DNA of 32,000 bases from Sedimentisphaera cyanobacteriorum (GTDB lineage: Bacteria > Planctomycetota > Phycisphaerae > Sedimentisphaerales > Sedimentisphaeraceae): positions 2,670,001-2,702,000 of the forward strand of contig NZ_CP019633.1 in NCBI RefSeq assembly GCF_001997385.1. Reading direction: 5' to 3'. Both the position numbers and the translations under genes were made by a program. Of the stretch, positions 14,776 to 23,833 are shown one piece after another. Below the pieces are notes generated by a model. It worked only from the letters and a program-made list of their open reading frames with translations. It had not been told where the DNA came from and ran no database searches. How positions within the stretch are numbered: the stretch's first letter is position 1; every line of letters starts with the position of its first letter.

Positions 14776-16983
14776 ATGAAGAACTTTAAAATATTGATTG
14801 CAGGCTTGGTTTTATCAGTCTGCACCTTACATAGCTATGCGGATAACAGTGTAAGGCTTGTAACTGATCGAAGCCTCGAGTTGACGGGGTTTCAGGACAG
14901 CAGGCCGTATTCTCCTGAATGCGATTTCCGTAATGATTTCGCAATGGTGTATGGTGCTTCCCGTCCCGATCTCATTGATGACCTTAAGTCTTGGAAGCAG
15001 AAGGATTATCTCCCTCACCTGATGACGGGAATCGCTTGGGGGCAATACTCTGATTTTGAGGATTTTGAGGGCAGCTCAATTATGTCTCTCTCTCAAGTGG
15101 ATGCCGATGGTTCGCAAAAGCTCCACGGGCATATGAATCCTTACATTGTCCCCTCAATCGAGTTTGCAGACTATATTACCGAAAAGCTTAAAACTGCAAT
15201 TGATGCCGGAGTTTTGGCCATACATCTGGAGGAGCCGGAATTTTGGGCTTACACTGGTTTTTCTGAAAAGTTTCAGAAGGAATGGAAGCTTTTTTATGAT
15301 GAACCTTTTACACGTCCGGACTCATCCATAAATGCGCAATACAAGGCCAGCAAGCTGAAATATTACCTTTACACGCGCACCATTCGTCGTGTAGCGGAGG
15401 CCTGCAAGGATTACGCCCTTAGAAAACACAATCGAGAATTGAGGATCTATGTTCCTACTCACAGCCTCATAAACTATACTCATTGGAATATTGTTTCTCC
15501 CCAGTCCTCTCTGATAGATTCAGACGTTATAGACGGCTGTATTGCTCAGGTCTGGACAGGCACTTCCAGAACCCCGAATGTTTATGAGGGCAATCGGGCA
15601 GAACGGACTTTCGAAACTGCTTTTCTGGAATATGGCGTTATGCAGGAGCTAGTTCGAAATACTGATCGGCGTTTGTGGTTTCTTCACGATCCAATCGAGG
15701 ATAATTCAGGCTACGGCTGGGATGATTACAAATATAATTACAAAGCAACATTGATCGCTTCCCTGCTTCAGCCCCATATATGGCGTTATGAAATATGTCC
15801 TTGGCCCCATAGAGTCTTTGAAAGAAGTTATCCCAGAGGTTCAGAGAACGCCAAACCCATACCGGCTGATTATGCCACTACGCTCTGCACAGTATTCAAT
15901 CAGCTTCGAGATATGCGTCAGGAAGAGAATGAATGGGTAAATGCATCTCACGGGATCGGAGTTTTGATAGCTGATTCGGCGATGTTCCAAAGAGCCCAGC
16001 CCGTTTTTCGTGAGGCAGCGGGAAATATGGATAACCCCAAAAGGGCAAGCGAGTCAGAAATTGAGGATTTCTCTGCTTTTTACGGTTTGACGCTTCCTCT
16101 TCTAAAGCACGGGATCCCTGTTCAGGCCGTTCAGCTGGATAATACTGTAAGATTTGCAAATTACCTAACGGACTATAAGGTTCTTGTTCTCAGCTACGAA
16201 TTTATGAAGCCGCAGACGCCTGCTGTTAATCAGGCTTTGGCCGAATGGACTGCGCAAGGCGGTGTATTGGTCTATGTCGGAGCTGATGAAGACCCGTTCA
16301 ATAATGTCTCTGAATGGTGGAACATGGGTGATAAAGAATGCCAGACCCCCTCTGGGCATTTACTGGAACTTATGGGCATCAAATCCGAAACAGAAGATGG
16401 GATTTACAGCTTCGGTGAAGGAAAGGTTTTCCTTTCCCGGAAGCATCCCGCCTACTACAGCCGGTCTGAAAAAGCCGCCGATGAATATCGCTCAATTTTG
16501 AGTCATGCAGCTAAGGCAGCGGGCATGAAGTATAACCGAAATAATTATCTGCAGCTCAATCGCGGGCCTTATGTTATAGCGGCATGCTTGGAAGATTCAA
16601 TCAGCAAAAAGCCGCTTGAGCTTGAAGGGCTTTTTGTAGATCTGTTAGACAGCAACCTTCCTGTAAAGAAAAAAGTATCTGTAAGCCCAGGCCAGCGCAT
16701 CTGGCTGATGGATTTGAAAAAGCTTGAGAAGAATAAAGCCCAGCCAATAGCTTCTGCAGCGAGGATTGAGAGCTGGGAAAAACTTGACGACGGCATTGAA
16801 TTAAAACTGTCTGCTCCAAGGGATGTAAAAATTGTTTCCCGAATCCGTTTACCTAAAAAGCCACTCAGAATGCTTATAGACAATAAAAATTTCGCTGATT
16901 TTTCATGGCATAAACATAGCAAAACCGTGTTTTTTAAATCGCCTGCTTTTGAAAAAATTCAAAGTGTTAAAATATTCTGGTAA
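14776..16983 (+). CDS. Uncharacterised secreted protein; possible (beta/alpha)8 glycosidase-like domain plus GH42-trimerisation/GATase1-like domain
   Basis: ATG 14776 sits 6 nt after AAGGTG; the track GTG at 14767 lies inside that RBS. Signal peptide MKNFKILIAGLVLSVCTLHSYA. I recognise no named family. AIHLEEPEFW, AQVWTG and HDPIED look like barrel strand ends. YKVLVLSYEFMKPQTPAVNQALAEWTAQGGVLVYVG resembles the GH42 middle domain. Confidence 0.45.
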   Translation: MKNFKILIAGLVLSVCTLHSYADNSVRLVTDRSLELTGFQDSRPYSPECDFRNDFAMVYGASRPDLIDDLKSWKQKDYLPHLMTGIAWGQYSDFEDFEGSSIMSLSQVDADGSQKLHGHMNPYIVPSIEFADYITEKLKTAIDAGVLAIHLEEPEFWAYTGFSEKFQKEWKLFYDEPFTRPDSSINAQYKASKLKYYLYTRTIRRVAEACKDYALRKHNRELRIYVPTHSLINYTHWNIVSPQSSLIDSDVIDGCIAQVWTGTSRTPNVYEGNRAERTFETAFLEYGVMQELVRNTDRRLWFLHDPIEDNSGYGWDDYKYNYKATLIASLLQPHIWRYEICPWPHRVFERSYPRGSENAKPIPADYATTLCTVFNQLRDMRQEENEWVNASHGIGVLIADSAMFQRAQPVFREAAGNMDNPKRASESEIEDFSAFYGLTLPLLKHGIPVQAVQLDNTVRFANYLTDYKVLVLSYEFMKPQTPAVNQALAEWTAQGGVLVYVGADEDPFNNVSEWWNMGDKECQTPSGHLLELMGIKSETEDGIYSFGEGKVFLSRKHPAYYSRSEKAADEYRSILSHAAKAAGMKYNRNNYLQLNRGPYVIAACLEDSISKKPLELEGLFVDLLDSNLPVKKKVSVSPGQRIWLMDLKKLEKNKAQPIASAARIESWEKLDDGIELKLSAPRDVKIVSRIRLPKKPLRMLIDNKNFADFSWHKHSKTVFFKSPAFEKIQSVKIFW

Positions 16984-17020
16984 AAAAACAAAGTTAGCAT
17001 TTACATTGGAGAAATTTTAA

Positions 17021-19324
17021 ATGGGTAAAATTTACAAAAACTTATTTCTGCTGCTCTTTTTGAGCGTTTTAATTTTTAGTCCTGCAATGGCCGGGAAAAG
17101 CCAATCACCGATTGATTATGTAAATCCATTGGTTGGTTCGGATTCGGCCTTCGAATTTTCCAACGGCAACACTTATCCTGCTATAGCTCTTCCCTGGGGC
17201 ATGAATTTCTGGACGCCGGTAACGAATACTGATCAGCTCAACGGCTGGTGCTACAACTACGACGACTATAAGATTTGCGGATTCAAGCAGACCCATCAGC
17301 CCAGCCCTTGGATCAGCGACTACGCCCGTTTTGCCCTTATGCCGGTAGTCGGCGAGCTAAAAGTTCGAACGGAAGAGCGCGCGAGCTGGTTTTCTCATAA
17401 GGCCGAGACGGTAAAGCCGCACTACTACAAGGCCTATCTGGCCGATTACGATGTAACCGCAGAGATCACACCTTCCCAAAGGGCTGCTCAGTTTCGCTTT
17501 ACATTCCCCGAATCAGATAAATCCTACGTACTGCTGGATGCCTTCAATCAGGGCTCATACGTAAAGATCCTGCCCGAGAAGCGAATGATCATAGGCTACT
17601 GCCGCAACAACAGCGGCGGCGTACCTGATAACTTCCATAACTATTTCGCTGCAGTTTTCGACAAGGATTTTGAAGAAGTTTCCACCTGGAGCGACTGGAA
17701 AATCAAAAAGGGCAGCAGTGAGAAGAAGGGCGAACATGTCGGAGCGGCTGTCAGATTCAAAACCGGCAAGGGCGAGAAGGTGAACGTTAAAGTGGCCTCT
17801 TCGTTTATCAGCCTTAAGCAGGCAAAGCTGAATCTCAAACGAGAGATAGGCAATGAAACCTTCTCGCAAACCCGCTCAAAAGCAAAGGATATATGGAATA
17901 AGCAGTTAAACAGAATCAGGGTAAATGGCGGAACTGAAAAACAGTACGGCAATTTCTACACAGCGCTTTACCGCACTCTGCTTTTCCCGAGGAAGTTCTA
18001 CGAATTCAATGAAGACGGCAAGATGGTTCATTACAGCCCATACAACGGCAAGGTGCTCCCGGGATATATGTTCACAGACAACGGTTTCTGGGATACATTC
18101 CGCGCAGTCTTCCCGTTCTTCACTGTGATGTACCCCGAGCTGAATGCCGATATTATGAAGGGCCTTGTAAACACCTACAAGCAGAGCGGCTGGCTTCCGG
18201 AATGGGCAAGCCCGGGACACAGAGACTGCATGGTGGGCTCTAATTCTGCTTCGATAATCGCTAATACCTACCTCAGCGGAATAAGGGGCTACGACATTGA
18301 AACTCTCTACGAAGCTATTCTGAAAAATTCCGAAAATCAGCACCCGAAGCTCTCTTCGGTAGGCAGGCTCGGCGTTGACTATTACAACGAAAAGGGTTAT
18401 ATTCCCTGCGATGTAGGTGTAAATGAGAGCATTGCCCGCACGCTTGAATACAGCTATGCCGATTATACTGTCTGGAAGCTTGCAGAGGCTCTGGATAAAC
18501 CAGAAGAGCATATTAAGCGTTTCCGTAAGAGAGCCCAATACTACAGAAACGTTTTTGATAAAAGCACGAATTTTATGAGAGGCAAAAAAGAAGACGGCAA
18601 ATGGCAGTCTCCATTCGCTCCTGAGAAATGGGGCGGGGTTTTCACTGAAGGCTCAGCATGGCATTACACGTGGTCTGTTTTTCAGGATCCAAAGGGGCTT
18701 ATGAATCTGATGGGCGGCAAGAAAGCGTTCGCAGAAAAGCTTGATTCTGTTTTTACAACGCCGCCGAAATACGACGCTTCTTATTACGGCTTCCCGATAC
18801 ACGAGATCATAGAGATGACCGTTGTTGATATGGGTCAGTACGCCCACGGGAATCAGCCAATCCAGCATATGATATACCTCTACAACTATGCCGGCCAGCC
18901 ATGGAAGGCGCAGAAATGGGTCAGGGAGGTTATGGACAGGCTCTACCAGCCACGCCCGGACGGCCTTTGCGGCGATGAGGATAACGGCCAGACCTCAGCG
19001 TGGTATGTATTCTCAGCCCTTGGATTTTATCCGGTATGTCCGGGTTCAGGGGAGTTTGTGATAGGAAGTCCGATTTTCAAGGAGGCTGAAATGAAGCTTG
19101 AAAACGGGAATATCTTTACCGTTGAGGCCGAAGAGAACAGCAAAGATAATATATATATTCAATCTGCCCGTTTGAACGGCAGACCGTATTCAAAGACTTA
19201 CCTGAATTACGAAGACATCCAGAAGGGCGGAACAATATCTTTCGATATGGATGATGAGCCGAACAAAGACTGGGGCAATGCCCCTTCCGATGCCCCTTAC
19301 TCAATGTCTGAAGAGTTGGAGTAA
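17021..19324 (+). CDS. GH92 family alpha-mannosidase
   Basis: GGAG RBS and a signal peptide. VNPLVGSDS near the N-terminus and the hallmark GDEDNGQTSAWYVFSALGFYPVCPGSGEFVIGSPIF. The size (767 aa) is typical of GH92. Confidence 0.85.
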   Translation: MGKIYKNLFLLLFLSVLIFSPAMAGKSQSPIDYVNPLVGSDSAFEFSNGNTYPAIALPWGMNFWTPVTNTDQLNGWCYNYDDYKICGFKQTHQPSPWISDYARFALMPVVGELKVRTEERASWFSHKAETVKPHYYKAYLADYDVTAEITPSQRAAQFRFTFPESDKSYVLLDAFNQGSYVKILPEKRMIIGYCRNNSGGVPDNFHNYFAAVFDKDFEEVSTWSDWKIKKGSSEKKGEHVGAAVRFKTGKGEKVNVKVASSFISLKQAKLNLKREIGNETFSQTRSKAKDIWNKQLNRIRVNGGTEKQYGNFYTALYRTLLFPRKFYEFNEDGKMVHYSPYNGKVLPGYMFTDNGFWDTFRAVFPFFTVMYPELNADIMKGLVNTYKQSGWLPEWASPGHRDCMVGSNSASIIANTYLSGIRGYDIETLYEAILKNSENQHPKLSSVGRLGVDYYNEKGYIPCDVGVNESIARTLEYSYADYTVWKLAEALDKPEEHIKRFRKRAQYYRNVFDKSTNFMRGKKEDGKWQSPFAPEKWGGVFTEGSAWHYTWSVFQDPKGLMNLMGGKKAFAEKLDSVFTTPPKYDASYYGFPIHEIIEMTVVDMGQYAHGNQPIQHMIYLYNYAGQPWKAQKWVREVMDRLYQPRPDGLCGDEDNGQTSAWYVFSALGFYPVCPGSGEFVIGSPIFKEAEMKLENGNIFTVEAEENSKDNIYIQSARLNGRPYSKTYLNYEDIQKGGTISFDMDDEPNKDWGNAPSDAPYSMSEELE

Positions 19325-19395
19325 GACATATTGCGGGGTTTATATTGTTAATGTACAGAATTTAATAACAGTTTAATTTTACGAAAGGCAGAATC

Positions 19396-20571
19396 GTGAG
19401 AATCCAAACAATTCCAATACTATTTGTATTTCTGATGATGGGCGTTGCCGATGCAATGGGGCCTATGTCTGAGGCGGTAAGGGAGAATTACGAGCTCAGC
19501 AACGTAACAGCAACCCTTCTTTCATTCTTTGTATTTATAGCGTTCGCTGTTTTCAGCGTTCCGGGCGGTCTTCTTGCCGCAAGGATCGGCAAGAAAAGGC
19601 TACTTCTGCTCGGCCTCGGCCTCAATGCGATAGCAATGCTGATACCCTGCCTTACAGAACCAACATTTGCGGTTCTGCTGGGCTGCATTTTTGTTCTCGG
19701 AATCGGAACAACATTCCTTCAGGTAGCGGGCAATCCGATTATGCACGATGTGAGCGCTGAGGGCAAATACGGCCGAAACCTCAGCTTCGCGCAAGGCTTC
19801 AAGGGGATTGGAAGCTCGGTTTCCTCTTACCTTGTAACGGCTGTAGCGGGATTTGCGATATTCAAGACACTGGGCTGGAGAGGCGTATTTCCGATTTTCT
19901 TCGTGCTTATGGCAGCGGCCTTTATCTGGGTCTGCACTATCAAAGTAAACGAGACAAAGGCAGACGTTCCCCCAAGCCTGAAGTCCGGACTTGGTCTTTT
20001 GAAAAAGCCGGTTTACGCTTTAGCGGTTCTCGGGATATTTTTATACGTGGGCTCTGAGGTATGTATGGCAAGGTTCCTCCTGCCTCTTCTTGAAAAGATG
20101 GGACTTGAAGAATCCACTGCAACCAAATTCGGCCCTGCATTTTTCTTCCTTATGCTTACTGTCGGCCGTCTGGGCGGGGGTGCTGTACTGAACTTCCTCT
20201 CACAGCGTACATTCTTCAGGCTCTCAGCCCTGATGGGTCTTGTCGGGGCATTGATACTTATGTTCGGTGCATCGAATATAGCGGTAATAGGAGTATTGCT
20301 TTCAGGCCTTGGTTTTGCTAATATATGGCCAATGCTTTTCTCTATTACAGTAGAGAAGGATCCCGCCCGCGGAAGCGAGCTCAGCGGTCTTATGTGTATG
20401 GCAATCTCAGGCGGAGCTCTCGTGCCTCTGCTGATGGGGCAATTTGTTGATATGGGCCTTGGTACTAAGGCATTTATCGTTCCAGTTGTATGCTTTGTGT
20501 ATCTTCTGGTGCTTTCCCTTGAGAAGGACCAGCCCAAGCAGATTGAACCAGAATCAGCAGCAAGTTCCTGA
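19396..20571 (+). CDS. MFS permease of the FucP / glucose-galactose(-mannose) transporter type
   Basis: GTG start; it is the first start after an in-frame TAA at 19366-19368. Multi-TM profile. SVPGGLLAARIGKKRLLLLGL and LQVAGNPI...NLSFAQGFKGIGS match FucP-family patterns. Confidence 0.7.
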   Translation: MRIQTIPILFVFLMMGVADAMGPMSEAVRENYELSNVTATLLSFFVFIAFAVFSVPGGLLAARIGKKRLLLLGLGLNAIAMLIPCLTEPTFAVLLGCIFVLGIGTTFLQVAGNPIMHDVSAEGKYGRNLSFAQGFKGIGSSVSSYLVTAVAGFAIFKTLGWRGVFPIFFVLMAAAFIWVCTIKVNETKADVPPSLKSGLGLLKKPVYALAVLGIFLYVGSEVCMARFLLPLLEKMGLEESTATKFGPAFFFLMLTVGRLGGGAVLNFLSQRTFFRLSALMGLVGALILMFGASNIAVIGVLLSGLGFANIWPMLFSITVEKDPARGSELSGLMCMAISGGALVPLLMGQFVDMGLGTKAFIVPVVCFVYLLVLSLEKDQPKQIEPESAASS

Positions 20572-20587
20572 TTAAATGAGGTGAGAA

Positions 20588-21694
20588 ATGAATCCAGCAA
20601 ATGATAACAGAATTGTATTAACCCTTGATGCAGGGGGAACGAATTTCGTTTTCTCTGCGATGCAGGATATGAAGGAAATAGTTGAGCCGGTAAAACTGCC
20701 CGCCTTCGCAGACGACTTGGATAAGAGTCTTGGTTCGATGGTGAAGGGTTTCTCTGAGGTGATCGAGAAGCTCCCGCAGAAGCCGGCGGCAATCAGCTTT
20801 GCTTTTCCCGGCCCTGCGGACTATCCCAACGGTATTATAGATAACGTAGGCAATCTTCCCGCCTATGCGGGGGGAATCCCTTTGGGCAGCTATTTGGAAG
20901 AGAAATTCCAGATACCCGTATATATAAACAACGACGGGGATTTGTTTGTTTACGGGGAGGCGATTGCCGGCTTCCTGCCTAAGGTCAACAGTATGCTCGA
21001 GAATGCAGGCTCGCCCACACGCTTCAAGAATCTGTTCGGCATAACAATCGGAACAGGCTTCGGTGCGGGGATAGTTTCAAACGGAGAGCTCTTCATAGGC
21101 GACAACTCCGCAGCAGGCGAGATATGGATCACCAGAAACAGCAAGTACTCCGAGTGCTTCGCTGAAGAGGGCGTAAGCATAAGGGCGGTAAAGAATAAGT
21201 ATGCAGAGCTTGCGGGGATATCGCCGCAAAACGCTCCCGAGCCAAAGGATATTTACGAAATCGCCAACGGCAATCAAGAAGGCAGTAAGCAGGCAGCCCT
21301 GGATTCGTTTGCCGAGCTGGGTGAGATTGTTGGCGATTCGCTTGCCAACGCAATCACGCTTATAGACGGGATTATCGTAGTAGGCGGCGGGCTTTCCGCT
21401 GCGTACGATATGTTCATAGATTCAGCGTTGAGGCAGATGAACGGAACTATCAGCAGCTATGCAGGCGAGCCCAAGCCGAGAATTATTCAGAAAACCCTCG
21501 ATCTGGAGAGCGAAGAAGGGCGGAGGGAATTTATCGAAGGCAAGGTTAAGCAGCTGAAGGTCCCCGGGACTGATAAAGAAATTCCATACGACTCTATGAA
21601 ACGTATTGGAATCGGCAGGGCCGTCCTCGATACAAGCCGAGCCATCGCAATAGGAGCATACGCTTATGCACTGAGTGAACTGGATAAAAGCTGA
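20588..21694 (+). CDS. ROK-like sugar kinase (atypical, no CxCGxxGC zinc motif)
   Basis: GAGGTGA RBS. LTLDAGGTNFVFS is an ASKHA phosphate-1 motif. INNDGDLFVYGE and ITIGTGFGAGIVSNGELFIGDNSAAGEIW are ROK-like. The whole protein contains only one Cys. Confidence 0.55.
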   Translation: MNPANDNRIVLTLDAGGTNFVFSAMQDMKEIVEPVKLPAFADDLDKSLGSMVKGFSEVIEKLPQKPAAISFAFPGPADYPNGIIDNVGNLPAYAGGIPLGSYLEEKFQIPVYINNDGDLFVYGEAIAGFLPKVNSMLENAGSPTRFKNLFGITIGTGFGAGIVSNGELFIGDNSAAGEIWITRNSKYSECFAEEGVSIRAVKNKYAELAGISPQNAPEPKDIYEIANGNQEGSKQAALDSFAELGEIVGDSLANAITLIDGIIVVGGGLSAAYDMFIDSALRQMNGTISSYAGEPKPRIIQKTLDLESEEGRREFIEGKVKQLKVPGTDKEIPYDSMKRIGIGRAVLDTSRAIAIGAYAYALSELDKS

Positions 21695-21716
21695 TTATAC
21701 AAGAAAGGATTATCAA

Positions 21717-23345
21717 ATGATAAACAGACGCGATTTTATGAAAAGTACTGCTGGGATATTAGCTTTTCATACAGCTCCAGTATTAAGCTCTGAAGCCGGG
21801 TTTAAGGAGAAGCCAAACATACTTATCATTATGGCAGATGATATGGGGTATTCGGATGCAGAATGATTTGGAGGAGAGGTTCGTACACCGAATTTATCTT
21901 CTCTTGCGGATAATGGTTTGCGTTTTACCCAGCATTATTCTTCAGGCCGATGCTGGCCTTCCCGCGCCTGCCTTTTAACCGGTTACTACGCTCAGCATAT
22001 ACGCCGCGACAGCCTACCGGGGATAAAAAAAGGGAAAAGACCTTCTTGGGCGCCGACTGCGCCTCATTTCTTTAAAAATGGGGGCTATAAGTCTTACCAC
22101 AGCGGAAAGTGGCACATTGACGGCAGTCCTGAACAGGGCGGTTTTGACCGTTCGTGGGGAAGTCATAATAACGGCTGCGACTGGGACAGATTCTTCGACT
22201 CAAAGCCTTGGCAGGAAGACGACCTCAAAGCACCGGCACAAAAAGGTGAGCAGTATTATTCAACTACTGCCATCGCAGACCATGCTATTGCATGCCTGAA
22301 ACTTCATCAGGAAAAACATCCGGACAGCCCTTTTTTCCAGTATATGGCATTTTATTCGCCGCACTTCCCCCTGCAGGCACTGCAAAAAGACATAGACTCG
22401 TATCAAGGAGTTTACAGGAAGGGATGGGATGCTGTAAGGCAGGAGAGATTAGAACGTATGAAAAAAATGGGGATTGTTAATTGCGGTCTCTCCGAGCGTG
22501 AACCCAATATAATCCCGCATTGGAATATGTCCGAAAAGGGCTTAAAACAAAAGATTGATGAAGGTGAAGCCGCTTACGCCGTAGCTTGGGATACACTTAC
22601 TGAACAGGAAAAAGAATTTCAGGCGAAGAAAATGTCTATCCACGCCGCTATGATTACCCGTATGGATATTGAGATTGGGCGGGTGATAAGGCAGCTGAAG
22701 AAAATGGGTGCCTATGAAAACACCCTGATACTATTTGCAAGCGATAACGGGGCAAGTGCTGAGCAGTTTATCCGCGGGGACGGCCATAACCCCGATGCAC
22801 CTTTGGGTTCGGCAGAAAGTTATTTATGCCTTGGGCCTGGCTGGTCAACAGCGGCTAATACCCCCTTCAGACTGCATAAACACTGGAATCATGAAGGCGG
22901 AATAAGTTCTCCTTTTATTGCTCATTGGCCTAATGGAATCAAAAACACAGGTGAACTAAGAGATGACCCTTCACATTTCATTGATGTCCTGCCAACCTGT
23001 ATGGATGCGGCTGGACTCAAATTTCCTGAAAAAACTGAGGGTGGGAAGAACGTGCCGAAACGCCTTGGGAAAAGTTTACTGCCGGCATTCAAGAAAAATG
23101 GAGCAGTAAAACATAACTGCTTATGGTGGGCGCACAGCAGCAATAGGGCTTTGCGCAAGGGGGATTGGAAGATATCTGCCAGAAGAGCAAGCAATGGTCA
23201 GACGGGGCCTTGGGAGCTGTACAACTTAAAGTTTGACAGATGTGAAATGAATAATCTGGCCTCTAAACACCCGGATAAAGTTAATCAGTTAGCTTCGAAA
23301 TGGCATGAAATTGCAGAAGGTTTTAAGAAAGACTTGTCAGGGTGA
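21717..23345 (+). pseudogene. S1 (formylglycine-dependent) sulfatase with Tat-type signal, interrupted by one in-frame TGA at 21864-21866 (pseudogene or recoded gene)
   Basis: MINRRDFMKSTAGILAF is a twin-arginine signal. PNILIIMADDMGYSDAE-TGA-FGGEVRTPNLSSLADNGLRFTQHYSSGRCWPSRACLLTG reads through in one frame: 21717 and the track ORF at 21918 share a frame. The CxPxR motif CWPSR lies at 21951-21965. No other disruption occurs over the following ~490 codons. Confidence 0.8.
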
Positions 23346-23555
23346 TAGAGAAGCTTTTCGAAGATCCAGTTTTAGGAAACTTCTGTTAGAGTTTTTCATT
23401 TAAATCCGTTGGCGACAGGCTGAGCTTTACAGGATATTAAAGCGTTTGCTTGGCTTTAATTGTCGTATCTTGGCGATTTGAATTGCTGGAATTACTACGA
23501 AAGCACGTTTTTTGGCAAAATATTAAAAAAAGTTTTAAAATTTTTTGTTTTTTAT

Positions 23556-23583
23556 TTGCATCCTTGTCAATTTTTATTACTAT
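23556..23583 (+). promoter_or_regulatory. Possible sigma70-type promoter for the tRNA-Thr/tuf transcription unit
   Basis: TTGCAT (23556-23561), a 16-nt spacer, then TACTAT (23578-23583). An A/T-rich UP-like tract precedes it (AAAAAAAGTTTTAAAATTTTTTGTTTTTTAT). The call rests on consensus resemblance only. Confidence 0.3.
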
Positions 23584-23664
23584 GTTCGCTCTATTTTGAG
23601 CTTTAGCGGGGACGGTGTGAGTATTGGTCTGAGCTACTCCGTGCTTGATAAGGCGTTGAGTTCC

Positions 23665-23737
23665 GCTGCTGTAGCTCAGTTGGTAGAGTACATCCTTGGT
23701 AAGGATGGGGTCATGGGTTCAAGTCCCATCAGCAGCA
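23665..23737 (+). tRNA. tRNA-Thr (anticodon GGT)
   Basis: Hand-folded cloverleaf: acceptor GCTGCTG/CAGCAGC, D arm GCTC..GAGT, anticodon stem CATCC/GGATG with loop TTGGTAA, T arm ATGGG-TTCAAGT-CCCAT, discriminator A. CCA is not encoded. The position upstream of tuf is classical. Confidence 0.9.
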
Positions 23738-23833
23738 CTTGCCCAGCCTTGCTAAGCTTGAAATAAGCGTACAATAAATCGGCGAAAATTAAAGAGAATT
23801 TATGTAATCTGAATTTTAGGGAGTAAACCTGAA

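Noticed and set aside
20013-20792. A 259-aa minus-strand ORF. Similar long antisense ORFs occur at 10469-11173, 17906-18538, 29036-29845, 30758-31231, 31228-31620 and 31613-31978.
   Set aside because: All lie entirely inside well-supported + strand genes (FucP-type permease/ROK, GxGYxYP protein, GH92, rpoB). They have low-complexity, Pro/Ser/Arg-rich or otherwise non-protein-like translations and no RBS. They are shadow ORFs.
21864-21866. The in-frame TGA in the sulfatase as evidence for a genome-wide TGA reassignment (genetic code 4 or 25).
   Set aside because: TGA is the evident natural stop of several well-defined genes in the same window. These end at 2271, 20571, 21694 and 23345. A global reassignment is therefore not tenable.
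23371-23396. A weak hairpin AAACT-N8-AGTTT followed by TTTT after the sulfatase gene, as a terminator.
   Set aside because: The stem is only 5 A/T-rich base pairs and is too weak to call. It is noted only because it resembles the better terminator at 11085-11108.
23584-23664. A possible extra or degenerate tRNA in the ~80-nt leader before tRNA-Thr, by analogy with thrU-tyrU-glyT-thrT-tufB.
   Set aside because: I could not fold a cloverleaf. There is no T-loop (GTTCRANYC-like) or matching acceptor stem.
23346-23737. The glycan locus as a genomic island integrated at tRNA-Thr.
   Set aside because: No integrase, transposase or direct repeat of the tRNA 3' end was seen in the window. The tRNA precedes tuf in its usual conserved position. 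A genome-wide repeat or att search would be needed to revisit this.
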